Source: Candidatus Omnitrophota bacterium
GTDB lineage: Bacteria; Omnitrophota; Gorgyraeia; Aquiviventales; Aquiviventaceae
NCBI GenBank assembly: GCA_023247215.1
Contig: JAHFGX010000001.1
Coordinates: 36,880-100,879, forward strand
DNA length: 64,000 bases
Direction of reading: 5' to 3'
The notes under the pieces are model-generated. The model searched no databases and was not told the DNA's origin. It was given only the letters and a program-made list of their open reading frames with translations. Positions 9,093-18,278 of this stretch are shown one piece after another. The stretch's first letter is position 1. Each line of letters begins with the position of its first letter. Position numbers and translations under genes: made by a program.

Positions 9093-9843
9093 GGTGGTGC
9101 TGGTCACCGGGTCGAGCCGGGGGATTGGATTGGCGATTGCCGGCGCGTTTCTGCGCGAAGGCGCGAAGGTCGCTATTACCGGCCGCGACGGCGCGGCGCT
9201 TAAAACGGCGGCCGCGGCGCTCGCGAAGCAGCACGGCCGTTCGCGGCTCCTGGCGATGCAAGGCGATTTGAGCCATCCGGACGGCATCCGCGCCGCGCTG
9301 CGCCAGACGGTCCAGCGGTTCGGGGGGCTGGATGCGGTCGTAGCCAACATCGGCAGCGGGACCGGCCGAACCGGATGGCGATGGAGCGTTGAGGAATGGG
9401 AATCGTCCTTGAACACCAATCTGGTCGGCAGCATGGCGGTGGCCAGCGCGGCCTTGCCGCACCTGCTGAAGCGGAACGGCAGCCTCACCTTCATTTCCTC
9501 TATTGCGGGCCGGGAGGCGCTGCGCGCGCCCATCAGCTACGGCGCGTCTAAAGCGGCACTGCAGCATGCGGCCAAGCAGCTCTCGCAGGCAGTCGGGCCA
9601 GGCGGGGTGCGGGTCAATGTGGTGGCGCCGGGCAATATCTATTTCCCCGGCGGCGCGTGGGACCGCAAGATGACAGAGGAGCCGAAGCGGTGGCAGTCGT
9701 ACCTCAACACTGAGGTCCCGCTGCGGCGTTTCGGGAAAGCCGATGAGGTGGCGGATGCGGTGGTGTTTCTCGCTTCCGCGCGGGCGGCTTTCATCACCGG
9801 CGCCTGCCTGGTGGTGGATGGAGGGCAGACGCGCGCATGTTAG
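9070..9843 (+). CDS. SDR family oxidoreductase
   Basis: VTGSSRGIG, YGASK catalytic motif, VVDGGQ C-terminus. Confidence 0.9.
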   Translation: MDLRLRGKVVLVTGSSRGIGLAIAGAFLREGAKVAITGRDGAALKTAAAALAKQHGRSRLLAMQGDLSHPDGIRAALRQTVQRFGGLDAVVANIGSGTGRTGWRWSVEEWESSLNTNLVGSMAVASAALPHLLKRNGSLTFISSIAGREALRAPISYGASKAALQHAAKQLSQAVGPGGVRVNVVAPGNIYFPGGAWDRKMTEEPKRWQSYLNTEVPLRRFGKADEVADAVVFLASARAAFITGACLVVDGGQTRAC

Positions 9844-11054
9844 TCTCCGCGCCGCCAGCAATGAAGCGCGCTGCGTCACCGGCGCCATCACCCACACGGC
9901 GGCGCTGGGCGCGCGCCGCGCTGAGTATGGTTTCGCTGCTGATGATAGAACTTTTGTCGATGAGCGTCTTCGCGATCCGCGGGGAGCTGAAAGGGGAGCT
10001 GGCGTTTCATCCGTTGTTCCGTCCGTTTCGACTCACGTCGTCCACGTTTGGGGAGGAGCGGTTTCTCTACGATCCGTTTCTCGGCTTTCGGTACCGTCCG
10101 AACACCACCTATGGCAGACTGTCCATTAATCAGTTCGGCTTCATTGATAACGGCTCGCCGTTTCCCGACCTGTCCCACAAGGCCGCCGGCACCCAGCGCA
10201 TTCTCATCCTTGGAGGTTCGACGGTGGCCGGCAGCGGGGCCTCCTCCAACGCCACTACCATCCCGGCGCAGCTGGAACGGATGCTGAACGCCCGGGGCGG
10301 CCGGTATGAGGTCATGAACGCCGGGGTGGATGGGTACACCTCGTTTCAGGAGTTGGGCTATTTTCAGTCCACGCTCTATCGGTACAGCCCAGACCTGGTG
10401 ATCTTTTACGACGGGTGGAACGATTTCGCCTACCCGTCCTGGGCTGGCGGGTACCAGAATGCGTACCAGCAGGAGCGTTGCTGGCCGAATGGCCACGAGT
10501 ATGCGTTGTACCTGCTCACCGTCTTCTCCGATGGCCAGGCCACAATGCGCCATCTCCTGAACACCAGTGTCTTGGTCAGCAAGTTCTACACCACGCGCCT
10601 GCTGCAGAAAGCCTACCGGCGGATGGGCGGGCGCGTCATGACCGAAACCCTGAATGTCAGGACCCTGCCGGGCAAAATCGTGCTGCCTCCGGAGGAGGCG
10701 GCGCGCCGCTGGCTCGACATGGTGGAAAACGCGGTGGCGGCGGTCTCAGGGCGAGGTGTGCCGATCATCTACGCCTTGCAGCCGACGGTGCTGGACAAGA
10801 TGTCACTGACGCCTGAGGAGGCGCGCATTGTCCCGCCCATGCCGCGCGCGCAGATCCAGGCCTACTACGCGCAGAGCCGGGCCGGGTTCGAACGGCTGGC
10901 CTCGAAATACCATGGGCCGAACGTCGCCATGGTGGATTTCTCACCCACGATATGGCGGGGGGTGCAGCAGACCGTGTATCTCGATCCGTGCCACACCAAC
11001 GATGCCGGCAACGAGCTGATCGCCCGTCGGCTGGCCACCTATGTCAAGCCGTGA
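9837..11054 (+). CDS. Membrane-anchored SGNH/GDSL hydrolase or acyltransferase
   Basis: N-terminal TM; ILILGGST, NAGVDG, YDGWND, DPCH (SGNH blocks I, II, III, V). Confidence 0.8.
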   Translation: MLVSAPPAMKRAASPAPSPTRRRWARAALSMVSLLMIELLSMSVFAIRGELKGELAFHPLFRPFRLTSSTFGEERFLYDPFLGFRYRPNTTYGRLSINQFGFIDNGSPFPDLSHKAAGTQRILILGGSTVAGSGASSNATTIPAQLERMLNARGGRYEVMNAGVDGYTSFQELGYFQSTLYRYSPDLVIFYDGWNDFAYPSWAGGYQNAYQQERCWPNGHEYALYLLTVFSDGQATMRHLLNTSVLVSKFYTTRLLQKAYRRMGGRVMTETLNVRTLPGKIVLPPEEAARRWLDMVENAVAAVSGRGVPIIYALQPTVLDKMSLTPEEARIVPPMPRAQIQAYYAQSRAGFERLASKYHGPNVAMVDFSPTIWRGVQQTVYLDPCHTNDAGNELIARRLATYVKP

Positions 11055-12141
11055 CGAGCTATTGTTGACGGCCGCCACAGCAGCCGGGACGCCTCAGAGT
11101 GATGGGGCGTGTCCCGTGTGCTCGGCGCAGCCGGAAACGCCTGTCAGGCTGTCGTACCTGGAGCAGGATTTCAACCATGTGCCGCCGGCTGAAAATCCGT
11201 TCTCCGGACGCACAGTGCTCGTTTGCCAGCAGTGCGGGTTTGGCTGGGCTGATCCGCCGGCGGCATGGGACCGCCTCCAGGCGTTTTACCGGTTGGTGTA
11301 CCGGCATGTTGGTTCCGTGAATGTGGATGCCGTGGACACCTCGACCTTCACCGGCCTTGGGCCGCTTGATCCCCGCGCGGTGGCTCATGTGCTGCTGGCC
11401 AAGATGTTCACAACGCTTGCCGCAGGTGATGCGGCGCTCGATATCGGTCCGGGCCAGGGAGGCAGCTTCCACGCATTGGCCCGACTGGCCCCAGGCATGA
11501 CGCATTGGGCCTTTGAGGCAGACCGCGTGGCCGGCCGGTTTTTGCAGCAGAAGCTCAACGTGCAGGTCATTCCGGAAATGTTTCGCCCGGGCATGGCCGC
11601 GCAACCGGCGTGCGGCATGCAGCGCTTTAAGCTCATCATCATGTCCCATGTGGCCGAGCATTTTAATGGCACCGACGCCGTCGCGGTGTTTCAGGAGGCG
11701 CGGACGCTGCTGGCTCAGGATGGCGTGCTGGTGTGCGAGGTGCCGCACAACGATTGGCGGCGCTACGCCGGGATGCGCCGCAATGATTCCCCGCACCTGG
11801 CCTTTTTCAGCGCCGAGGCATTGAGGCAGGGGTTGATCCGGGCTGGATTCGCCGTCAAATTTCTCGACACCTGCGGCCAGCGATACGATATCTGGTGGGC
11901 GGCTACGTCCGCCGCTCCGGGATATGGAACCCACAAGGAGCGCCCGCCGCGAAGCGCATGGATCAAACGGCTCTATAAATCGCTGCCGGGGCGCATGCCA
12001 CGAACGGTGGAGCGATGGGCGAACGATGCCTTGCTGTTGCGGGGGCAGATGGACCGCATGTGGCGCTCTGACGAATTGAATTATGGCGGGGAACGAACCT
12101 GTTTACGAGTGGTGGCGGCCCATGCCGACAACAACCAGTAA
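11041..12141 (+). CDS. Class I SAM-dependent methyltransferase with N-terminal Zn-binding motif
   Basis: CPVC...CQQC; LDIGPGQG; SHVAEH; EVP...HLAFFS. Confidence 0.85.
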   Translation: MSSRDELLLTAATAAGTPQSDGACPVCSAQPETPVRLSYLEQDFNHVPPAENPFSGRTVLVCQQCGFGWADPPAAWDRLQAFYRLVYRHVGSVNVDAVDTSTFTGLGPLDPRAVAHVLLAKMFTTLAAGDAALDIGPGQGGSFHALARLAPGMTHWAFEADRVAGRFLQQKLNVQVIPEMFRPGMAAQPACGMQRFKLIIMSHVAEHFNGTDAVAVFQEARTLLAQDGVLVCEVPHNDWRRYAGMRRNDSPHLAFFSAEALRQGLIRAGFAVKFLDTCGQRYDIWWAATSAAPGYGTHKERPPRSAWIKRLYKSLPGRMPRTVERWANDALLLRGQMDRMWRSDELNYGGERTCLRVVAAHADNNQ

Positions 12142-12991
12142 ACGGCCTTCGGCTCGCGCACAAGGACGGCGCCTTTTCGATCTGACCGGCCGTGTGGCGG
12201 TCATCACCGGAGGCGCCGGTCTGCTCGGGGTGAAGCACGCCGAGGCGATTGCCGAAATGGGCGGCCTGCCTGTGCTGTGCGATGTGCGCGGTGAGGAGGC
12301 GGAGCGCGCCGCCGCGCGGATCGCCAAGCGCTATGCGGTCCGGGCGTTAGGCGTGCGTGCCGACATTACCGATCCGCGGCAGGTGGCCACGCTGCGGGAC
12401 CGCACCCTCTCCTCCTTTGGGCGCGTGGACATTTTGATCAACAACGCCGCGTGCAATCCGGCGGTGACGGCGGCGGGCCGCAATGGACCAGCATGGTCGC
12501 GGCTGGAGCAGTTTCCGTTGAAGGCATGGAACCGCGACGTCGCGGTCGGGTTGACCGGCGCGTTTTTGTGCAGCCAGGCGATCGGCGGCGCCATGGCCCG
12601 GCGCGGGCGCGGCGTGATTTTGAACATCGCCTCGGACCTCTCGGTGATCGCCCCGGACCAGCGGATCTACCGGCAGCCGAAGCGGGCTGCGGCTCAGCAA
12701 CCGGTGAAGCCCGTGAGCTACTCGGTCGTCAAAACCGGCCTCCTTGGCCTCAGCCGGTATCTGGCCACCTACTGGGCGGCGCAGGGCGTGAGGGTGAACA
12801 CGCTGTCCCCGGGCGGCGTGGCTGCGGATCAGCCTGAGGAATTCGTCCAGCGCCTTTCACAACTCATTCCTCTGAAGCGCCTGGCGCATCCTGATGAGTA
12901 TAAAGCGGCGGTGGTGTTTCTGGTGTCGGATGCCTCCTCGTACATGACGGGCGCGAACCTCGTGATGGACGGGGGGAGGAGCTGCTGGTGA
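12122..12991 (+). CDS. SDR oxidoreductase (PtmA/ElaC-like, nonulosonate-cluster type)
   Basis: ITGGAGLLG, INNAA, APDQRIY, YSVVK, LSPGGV, MTGANLVMDGG. Confidence 0.85.
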   Translation: MPTTTSKRPSARAQGRRLFDLTGRVAVITGGAGLLGVKHAEAIAEMGGLPVLCDVRGEEAERAAARIAKRYAVRALGVRADITDPRQVATLRDRTLSSFGRVDILINNAACNPAVTAAGRNGPAWSRLEQFPLKAWNRDVAVGLTGAFLCSQAIGGAMARRGRGVILNIASDLSVIAPDQRIYRQPKRAAAQQPVKPVSYSVVKTGLLGLSRYLATYWAAQGVRVNTLSPGGVAADQPEEFVQRLSQLIPLKRLAHPDEYKAAVVFLVSDASSYMTGANLVMDGGRSCW

Positions 12992-14919
12992 AACCGAGCG
13001 CCGGGTTCTTCGAAACCGCGCAGGAGCTGGATCAGCTGCGCGCGTGGTCGGCGCAGACCAACACCGAGCTGATGCTGGTGGCGTTGACGCCGGAGGCGGA
13101 TGCCGCCGCAGAGCAGCGGGGGCTGACGTATCACAGCATTGAAGATTTGTACATGGAAGAGGATCTGGTGGTGCGCGGTTTGGCGCAATTTGAGATCTTG
13201 GAGCGGTTCTGCGATGCGGTGGACGAGGCGCTTCACGCCAATGCCGGGCCAGTCTCCGAGGTCCGCCATTTTTCACTCCGATATGAGTTTCAGTTTCTCA
13301 AAATGATTATGGACGCGTTGCTGCATCGGACGGCCACGCTGGCGTCGGCTCTGGAGACGCTGGCCCCCCAGGCGGTGGTCTATTGCCGTTATCCGTCGGA
13401 TGTGGTGCCGGCCGGTCGCTGGGCCATTCCATCTTCCGTCTCCCGCTGGCTGCTGCCGTTCGTTGCGGAACAGCGAGGTTGCCAGGCGATCGGCCTGACC
13501 GTTGCTGCCCGGCCGCCGGCGCGGTTTCCCGGCATGGCAGCGCAGTTGAAGCGGTGCGTCAGAAGCGCTTCGGCTCGCGCCATAGGGCTGGGGCGATGGT
13601 TGCGGCGCCACCATGCGGCTCTTGTCGGCGCATCCCGGCCCCCTGGGGTGCGGGGCTCACAAGAGGCGACCCTCGTGTTGACGGGTTTGTGGTCGGATCG
13701 GGATGCGCTGCAGGCATGGCTGGCCGAAGGCGGCCGCCTGATACATTGGCGGACATTAGTGAGGCGCGTGGCATCGCCGTCCCCCGATGCTGCCGCCGAT
13801 GCTGAGCTTGAGGCGGTCGTCGAGCGCTGCTGGAATGCGCTGAGACACGATGCCGAGGTGCGAGCGTTGTTCAGGATTGACGGCGTGGATCTCGCCCCGC
13901 TGGTCGAGCAGCCGCTCCGCTCGTTGTTCGCGGATCTCTTGTCCAGGCATTGCCGGATTTCGCGCCGGATGGATGCGGCCTTCAAGACGGTCAGCCATCC
14001 CATTGTCCTTGGATCAACCTTCGTCCGGGTTGAAGAGGTGGCGTGTGCCGCGGCTGCCCGCCGGGCAGGGATCCCGGTGATTGCGTATCAGCATGGAGGG
14101 TTTCTTGGGTATGTCGATTTTCCGATGCAGCGGTTTTGCGACATGGGGCTGCCGGACTATTACCTCAGTTACGGAAGGGGTGTTTCGGAAGCCATGGAGC
14201 GGTTCTCCGGGCAGACCATCCCTGTGACCATTGGCTCTTCGGATCTTGATCGCTTGATGACCGCGCATCGGAAGCCCGGCCGCCGCCCGGGCCGGACGGC
14301 CGTGTATGTGGTGACGCTGCTCATGGGCGACCGGCGCTATTTCACTCTCCATGCCTATCCGGATATCCAGTATTGGCGGCTGCAGCGGCAGGTAATCGAG
14401 CGGTTGAGCCACGCCGACATCGAGTTGATCGTGAAGCTGGACCCGCGCGATATGGTGCCCAATCCTCTGAAGTCATGGGCCCGGCGGCAGCGCGTGAAGC
14501 GGTGCCGGTTCGTGCGGGATGTGTCGTTTGCCGAGGTGCTCGGCCGGGGAGACCTGATCATCATCGACAGCCCCTCGACCACGCTGCTGCAGGCGCTGGC
14601 GACGCATAAGCCGGTGATCGCGTTCGCGGATCGCCGCTTCATTCATTTCACGCCGGAGGCGACCGGGTTGCTCAGAAAGCGCGCGGTTTTTTCCACCACG
14701 CCGGAAGAATTTTTTCGGGACATCGATGCGGCTGTGCACACCCCGTCGTGGGGACCGGTCTCGCCGGTAAACGATGAGTTCCTCAGCCGCTATGGCACCC
14801 ATGAGAACGATGGCGGCTCGGCGCGCCGCGCCGCGCAGGCGCTGTGGGACATCGCGCGCCACCCGCGCGATGCACGGGGGGAGCAGGCACCAGCGGCATT
14901 CACGAGCGTCGGAGGATAA
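12988..14919 (+). CDS. Large surface-carbohydrate biosynthesis protein, putative GT-B-fold transferase
   Basis: IPVIAYQHGG, DYYLSYG, IVKLDP, IIDSPSTTLLQALATHKPVI resemble GT-B/capsule-biosynthesis proteins; GTG start coupled to the SDR. Confidence 0.6.
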   Translation: MKPSAGFFETAQELDQLRAWSAQTNTELMLVALTPEADAAAEQRGLTYHSIEDLYMEEDLVVRGLAQFEILERFCDAVDEALHANAGPVSEVRHFSLRYEFQFLKMIMDALLHRTATLASALETLAPQAVVYCRYPSDVVPAGRWAIPSSVSRWLLPFVAEQRGCQAIGLTVAARPPARFPGMAAQLKRCVRSASARAIGLGRWLRRHHAALVGASRPPGVRGSQEATLVLTGLWSDRDALQAWLAEGGRLIHWRTLVRRVASPSPDAAADAELEAVVERCWNALRHDAEVRALFRIDGVDLAPLVEQPLRSLFADLLSRHCRISRRMDAAFKTVSHPIVLGSTFVRVEEVACAAAARRAGIPVIAYQHGGFLGYVDFPMQRFCDMGLPDYYLSYGRGVSEAMERFSGQTIPVTIGSSDLDRLMTAHRKPGRRPGRTAVYVVTLLMGDRRYFTLHAYPDIQYWRLQRQVIERLSHADIELIVKLDPRDMVPNPLKSWARRQRVKRCRFVRDVSFAEVLGRGDLIIIDSPSTTLLQALATHKPVIAFADRRFIHFTPEATGLLRKRAVFSTTPEEFFRDIDAAVHTPSWGPVSPVNDEFLSRYGTHENDGGSARRAAQALWDIARHPRDARGEQAPAAFTSVGG

Positions 14920-14922
14920 CGC

Positions 14923-15927
14923 ATGACGTCTGAGTTTTTCGACCGGCAAGGATACGTCCTGCTCAAAGGGGTACTGAACCGCGAGCAATGCCGGTTGCTG
15001 CGGGCACGCATCCAAGACGCATTTCGCACCATTGAGGCGGCGCGGCCCGACCAGGACCTGCGCTTCCTCCCCCCGTCGGTTTCATTTTCCATTCCCGAGG
15101 TCTGGGCGTTTCCCGTTCATGAGCGGATCACGGCCGCGCTCTCGGCGATCCTGGAGCCGCGCTATACGCTGATCCCGGATCTGCAGGTGCAACGGGACAC
15201 GTTCGGGTTCGGGCAGATCAATATTCAGGGCATCCGGGTTCCGCGGTGGGGCTGGCATCAGGACACGGGGTCGGAAGGGTATCGGCCCCAGCACATGGAT
15301 CCCCGGTACCGTTTTGTGAAGTGCGGGCTCTACCTGCAGGACAACACAGCCGCCTACGGCGGCAGCGTGGACATCGTTGCGGGATCGCACCGGCTGCCCC
15401 TGCGGACAGGCGACATTGCCCGGGACTGGAAAATCCGTCAGGTAGTCGGGAAGGCCAGGATCATGCTCGAAGCCCGGACCCTGCCGATCGAAGCCGGCGA
15501 CGCGCTGCTGTTCGATTCGTACCTATGGCATGCCAGCACCCTGCCGGCCGGATGGCAGCAGCAGGTGATCCCGCGCCAGCGGGCGTTGGGCATTATGCGC
15601 CTACCGCAACCACATGAAAAATTGACTGTCTATTTCAATGCCTGCCGAGCGTTCTGCGCCGAGGCGTACATGCAGCATTCATTGGCTCGGGCCAGGACGG
15701 AGCATGCCGACGCGCTCAACGCATCTCACGCTGCCGAGCTGTTTTATTGCGACTATCTGGATCTGGGCGTGAGCGGCAACCCGCCGGCGGAATTTCTTCA
15801 TCAGGTTGAGCGGGCTGGCCTTCGCGTGGCCGCGCTTGAGGGTGCGCCATTTGAGGAAGCCGCCCGCTTGCGCCGGGAGAGCGTCATGTCAGGACGCGTG
15901 AACAACGTACTTCCGCAGACGGTGTGA
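14923..15927 (+). CDS. Phytanoyl-CoA dioxygenase (PhyH) family Fe(II)/2-oxoglutarate oxygenase
   Basis: FFDRQGYVLLKGVL, WHQD, GSVDIVAGSH, AGDALLFDSYLWHAS (HxD...H triad). Confidence 0.85.
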   Translation: MTSEFFDRQGYVLLKGVLNREQCRLLRARIQDAFRTIEAARPDQDLRFLPPSVSFSIPEVWAFPVHERITAALSAILEPRYTLIPDLQVQRDTFGFGQINIQGIRVPRWGWHQDTGSEGYRPQHMDPRYRFVKCGLYLQDNTAAYGGSVDIVAGSHRLPLRTGDIARDWKIRQVVGKARIMLEARTLPIEAGDALLFDSYLWHASTLPAGWQQQVIPRQRALGIMRLPQPHEKLTVYFNACRAFCAEAYMQHSLARARTEHADALNASHAAELFYCDYLDLGVSGNPPAEFLHQVERAGLRVAALEGAPFEEAARLRRESVMSGRVNNVLPQTV

Positions 15928-16721
15928 TGAGGCGGCTCAAGCCCTGGCTCTATCGCCGGCTTCAAGCGCGGCGTTGGTTCCGCCAGCTCGCGACGCGGAA
16001 TTTTTCGTCCGGCCTCATCGCGCTGGGCGAGCAAAATCGCTACGGCATTCGGCCGGAATGGATCACGGTGGATGCGGACGGCGCAGATGTCAACGTCGAT
16101 TTCCGGCAGCGGCAGCCGCTGCCGTTTCCCGACGCCTCGCAGCGCGTGATCTACGCCGCGCACGTCATTGAACATCTCGGTGAGGAGATGCTTGCGTACC
16201 TGCTGTGGGAGAGCTGCCGCCTGCTGAAGCCGGGCGGTACGCTGCGCCTTGAGGCGCCGGACCTGGAGCGGGCTATCGAGGCGTACCGGCAGCGGGATCG
16301 CGCCTTTCTCGACTACTTCCGCGAGGAGTACCGCGCATCGCTGGTGGAAGGTTTGGGATTGCCGATGGCGTACACGGAAGATCATGTCGCGTTGCTCGGC
16401 GTGGCGTCCTGTTACATTGAACGGAACACGCAGATTCCCGTCTTAGCGTCCCGCGAGGAGACGGACCGCCGCGTCGGCACGCTCACCGTGGAGGAGTTCG
16501 GCCGGTGGTGCGTGTCGCTGCAGAGCCCGCAGCAGCAGCGCAGCGGTGGGCATATCACGCCCATCTATTTTGAGAAGCTGCGCCGGATGCTGACGGATGC
16601 CGGGTTTACGATGGTGCGACGTGTCAGCAACGGCAGCACTCATGTCGCCGGGCTGGCGCTGCGTGGGGTGGAACGTCCGCATCGGGCCTGCTACTCGCTG
16701 TATGTCGAGGCCGTCAAATGA
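15927..16721 (+). CDS. Methyltransferase type 11-like protein
   Basis: LPFPDASQRVIYAAHVIEHL, RLLKPGGTLRLEAPD. Confidence 0.75.
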   Translation: MRRLKPWLYRRLQARRWFRQLATRNFSSGLIALGEQNRYGIRPEWITVDADGADVNVDFRQRQPLPFPDASQRVIYAAHVIEHLGEEMLAYLLWESCRLLKPGGTLRLEAPDLERAIEAYRQRDRAFLDYFREEYRASLVEGLGLPMAYTEDHVALLGVASCYIERNTQIPVLASREETDRRVGTLTVEEFGRWCVSLQSPQQQRSGGHITPIYFEKLRRMLTDAGFTMVRRVSNGSTHVAGLALRGVERPHRACYSLYVEAVK

Positions 16722-18238
16722 TGGAAGGTGACGATCCCAGCCTCTGGCTATCGTTCCGGCCGCTGCTCCGCTATTCGTTCACGTTATCCGGAGCGGCGCT
16801 GCTGAGCGTGGCCATCCAGTTTCCGCTGGGCATTCTCATTGCCCGGCAGATCGGGCCGCGCTTGTTAGGCATCGTCGGCTTGATCGGCTTGTGGCAATTT
16901 TACGCGGCGCTCACCAAGCCCGGCATCTATAGCGCGGCGCAACTGGAATTATCTGCCCTCCTGGCCCAGGGCAAAACCGAGGAGGCCCGAACCGTGCAGA
17001 ATCTCGGCATCACGGGAGAAGGCCTGACCGTGCTCATCGCTGCGGTAGGCATGGCGGTTGCCGGCCTGCTGACGGCGGACCCCCTGCTGCGGGCCGGTCT
17101 GCTGGTCGGGGCGGTGGTGTTCGTTATCTCCCAGGCCGGGGATTTTTCGACCGGCATCCAGCAGATGCATCAGCGATTTGGTTTGGTGGCGAAAGCCACG
17201 GCGGTGTCGGCGGTGGTGTCCGCCGGTTTCGTGCTGCTGACCCTGCCGTGGCTCACGATGTACACGCCGCTGCTCAAAATCGCCGTCGCCGCGTGCGCCG
17301 CCATGGCGGTCTACCGCTACGGGGCGCCCCCGCTCGGATTCCGCTGGCGGTGGGATCGGCAGCAGATGTGGCGGCTGTTCATGGTCGGCATTCCGCTGTC
17401 GATGGCGAATATTTTCTATTTGATCTTTCGGGCGATTGATCAGACCGCGGTTGCGATGTCGCTGCCGCTGACGGAGGTCGGGTACTTCACCTTTGCGAAA
17501 CAATGCGTCTGGGGGGGAGTGATGCTGGGCGCCAGCCTGCCCGTGGTGCTGCAGGCGAAGCTCTGGGCCGGATTGGGCCGCGCTGGGGATCCCCAAACGC
17601 TGGGGCCGCAGATCAGGCAGGTGACCGTGTGGCTGTTTTTGCTGACGTGCGCCATGGTGACGTGTGCGCAAGCCAGTTTCGGCGCCATGGTCCATTGGTT
17701 CGCGCCCGCGTATGCGCCGTCTGTTGAGACGTTTGAACTGCTGGCGTTCCTGATGGCCTGCGGATTGGTTCAAAGCATCCCGATTTATGTGCTGACGTCG
17801 GCCACGGTGAACCGGCGGCGGCTTCCCACGGTGCTGTGGGGCGCCGGCGTGCTGCTCAGCCTGGCATTGACCACAGCCGCGGTGCGGGCGGGCTGGGGCC
17901 TGCGCGGCATTGCGCTCGCCAGCGTGATCGCGCAAACGGTCATTTCCGCCCTGTTTGTCTTCTCCATGCAGCGGCATGTCTGCGCCGGATGGCGCGATCG
18001 GCTCTCGCTGAATGGGGCGTTGCTCGGGTTATTGGCGGTGACCGTGGGACTGTATGCCGCGTATCACCTGGCGCCGCTCGCCTATGCTTCGCCTCGGCCG
18101 ATGGCCGTGACCTTCAGCCTGCGGCTGGCTGCAGCCTGTGTGGTGTGGGCGGCGGTGGGAGGGGCTGTGCTGCTGCGCGGCCGGTCCCGTTCTGTTGTCG
18201 TGGCCGATCGCGAACTGGCGGGAGCCGAGCTCTCATGA
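16718..18238 (+). CDS. wzx: Oligosaccharide flippase (Wzx/MOP family)
   Basis: About 12-14 hydrophobic segments; IARQIGP..LG, GIPL...IDQ...VGYF pattern. Confidence 0.8.
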   Translation: MMEGDDPSLWLSFRPLLRYSFTLSGAALLSVAIQFPLGILIARQIGPRLLGIVGLIGLWQFYAALTKPGIYSAAQLELSALLAQGKTEEARTVQNLGITGEGLTVLIAAVGMAVAGLLTADPLLRAGLLVGAVVFVISQAGDFSTGIQQMHQRFGLVAKATAVSAVVSAGFVLLTLPWLTMYTPLLKIAVAACAAMAVYRYGAPPLGFRWRWDRQQMWRLFMVGIPLSMANIFYLIFRAIDQTAVAMSLPLTEVGYFTFAKQCVWGGVMLGASLPVVLQAKLWAGLGRAGDPQTLGPQIRQVTVWLFLLTCAMVTCAQASFGAMVHWFAPAYAPSVETFELLAFLMACGLVQSIPIYVLTSATVNRRRLPTVLWGAGVLLSLALTTAAVRAGWGLRGIALASVIAQTVISALFVFSMQRHVCAGWRDRLSLNGALLGLLAVTVGLYAAYHLAPLAYASPRPMAVTFSLRLAAACVVWAAVGGAVLLRGRSRSVVVADRELAGAELS

Positions 18239-18278
18239 GCCGGGCGACGGTGGCCGCCACGCTCCATCAGTGAGGCCC

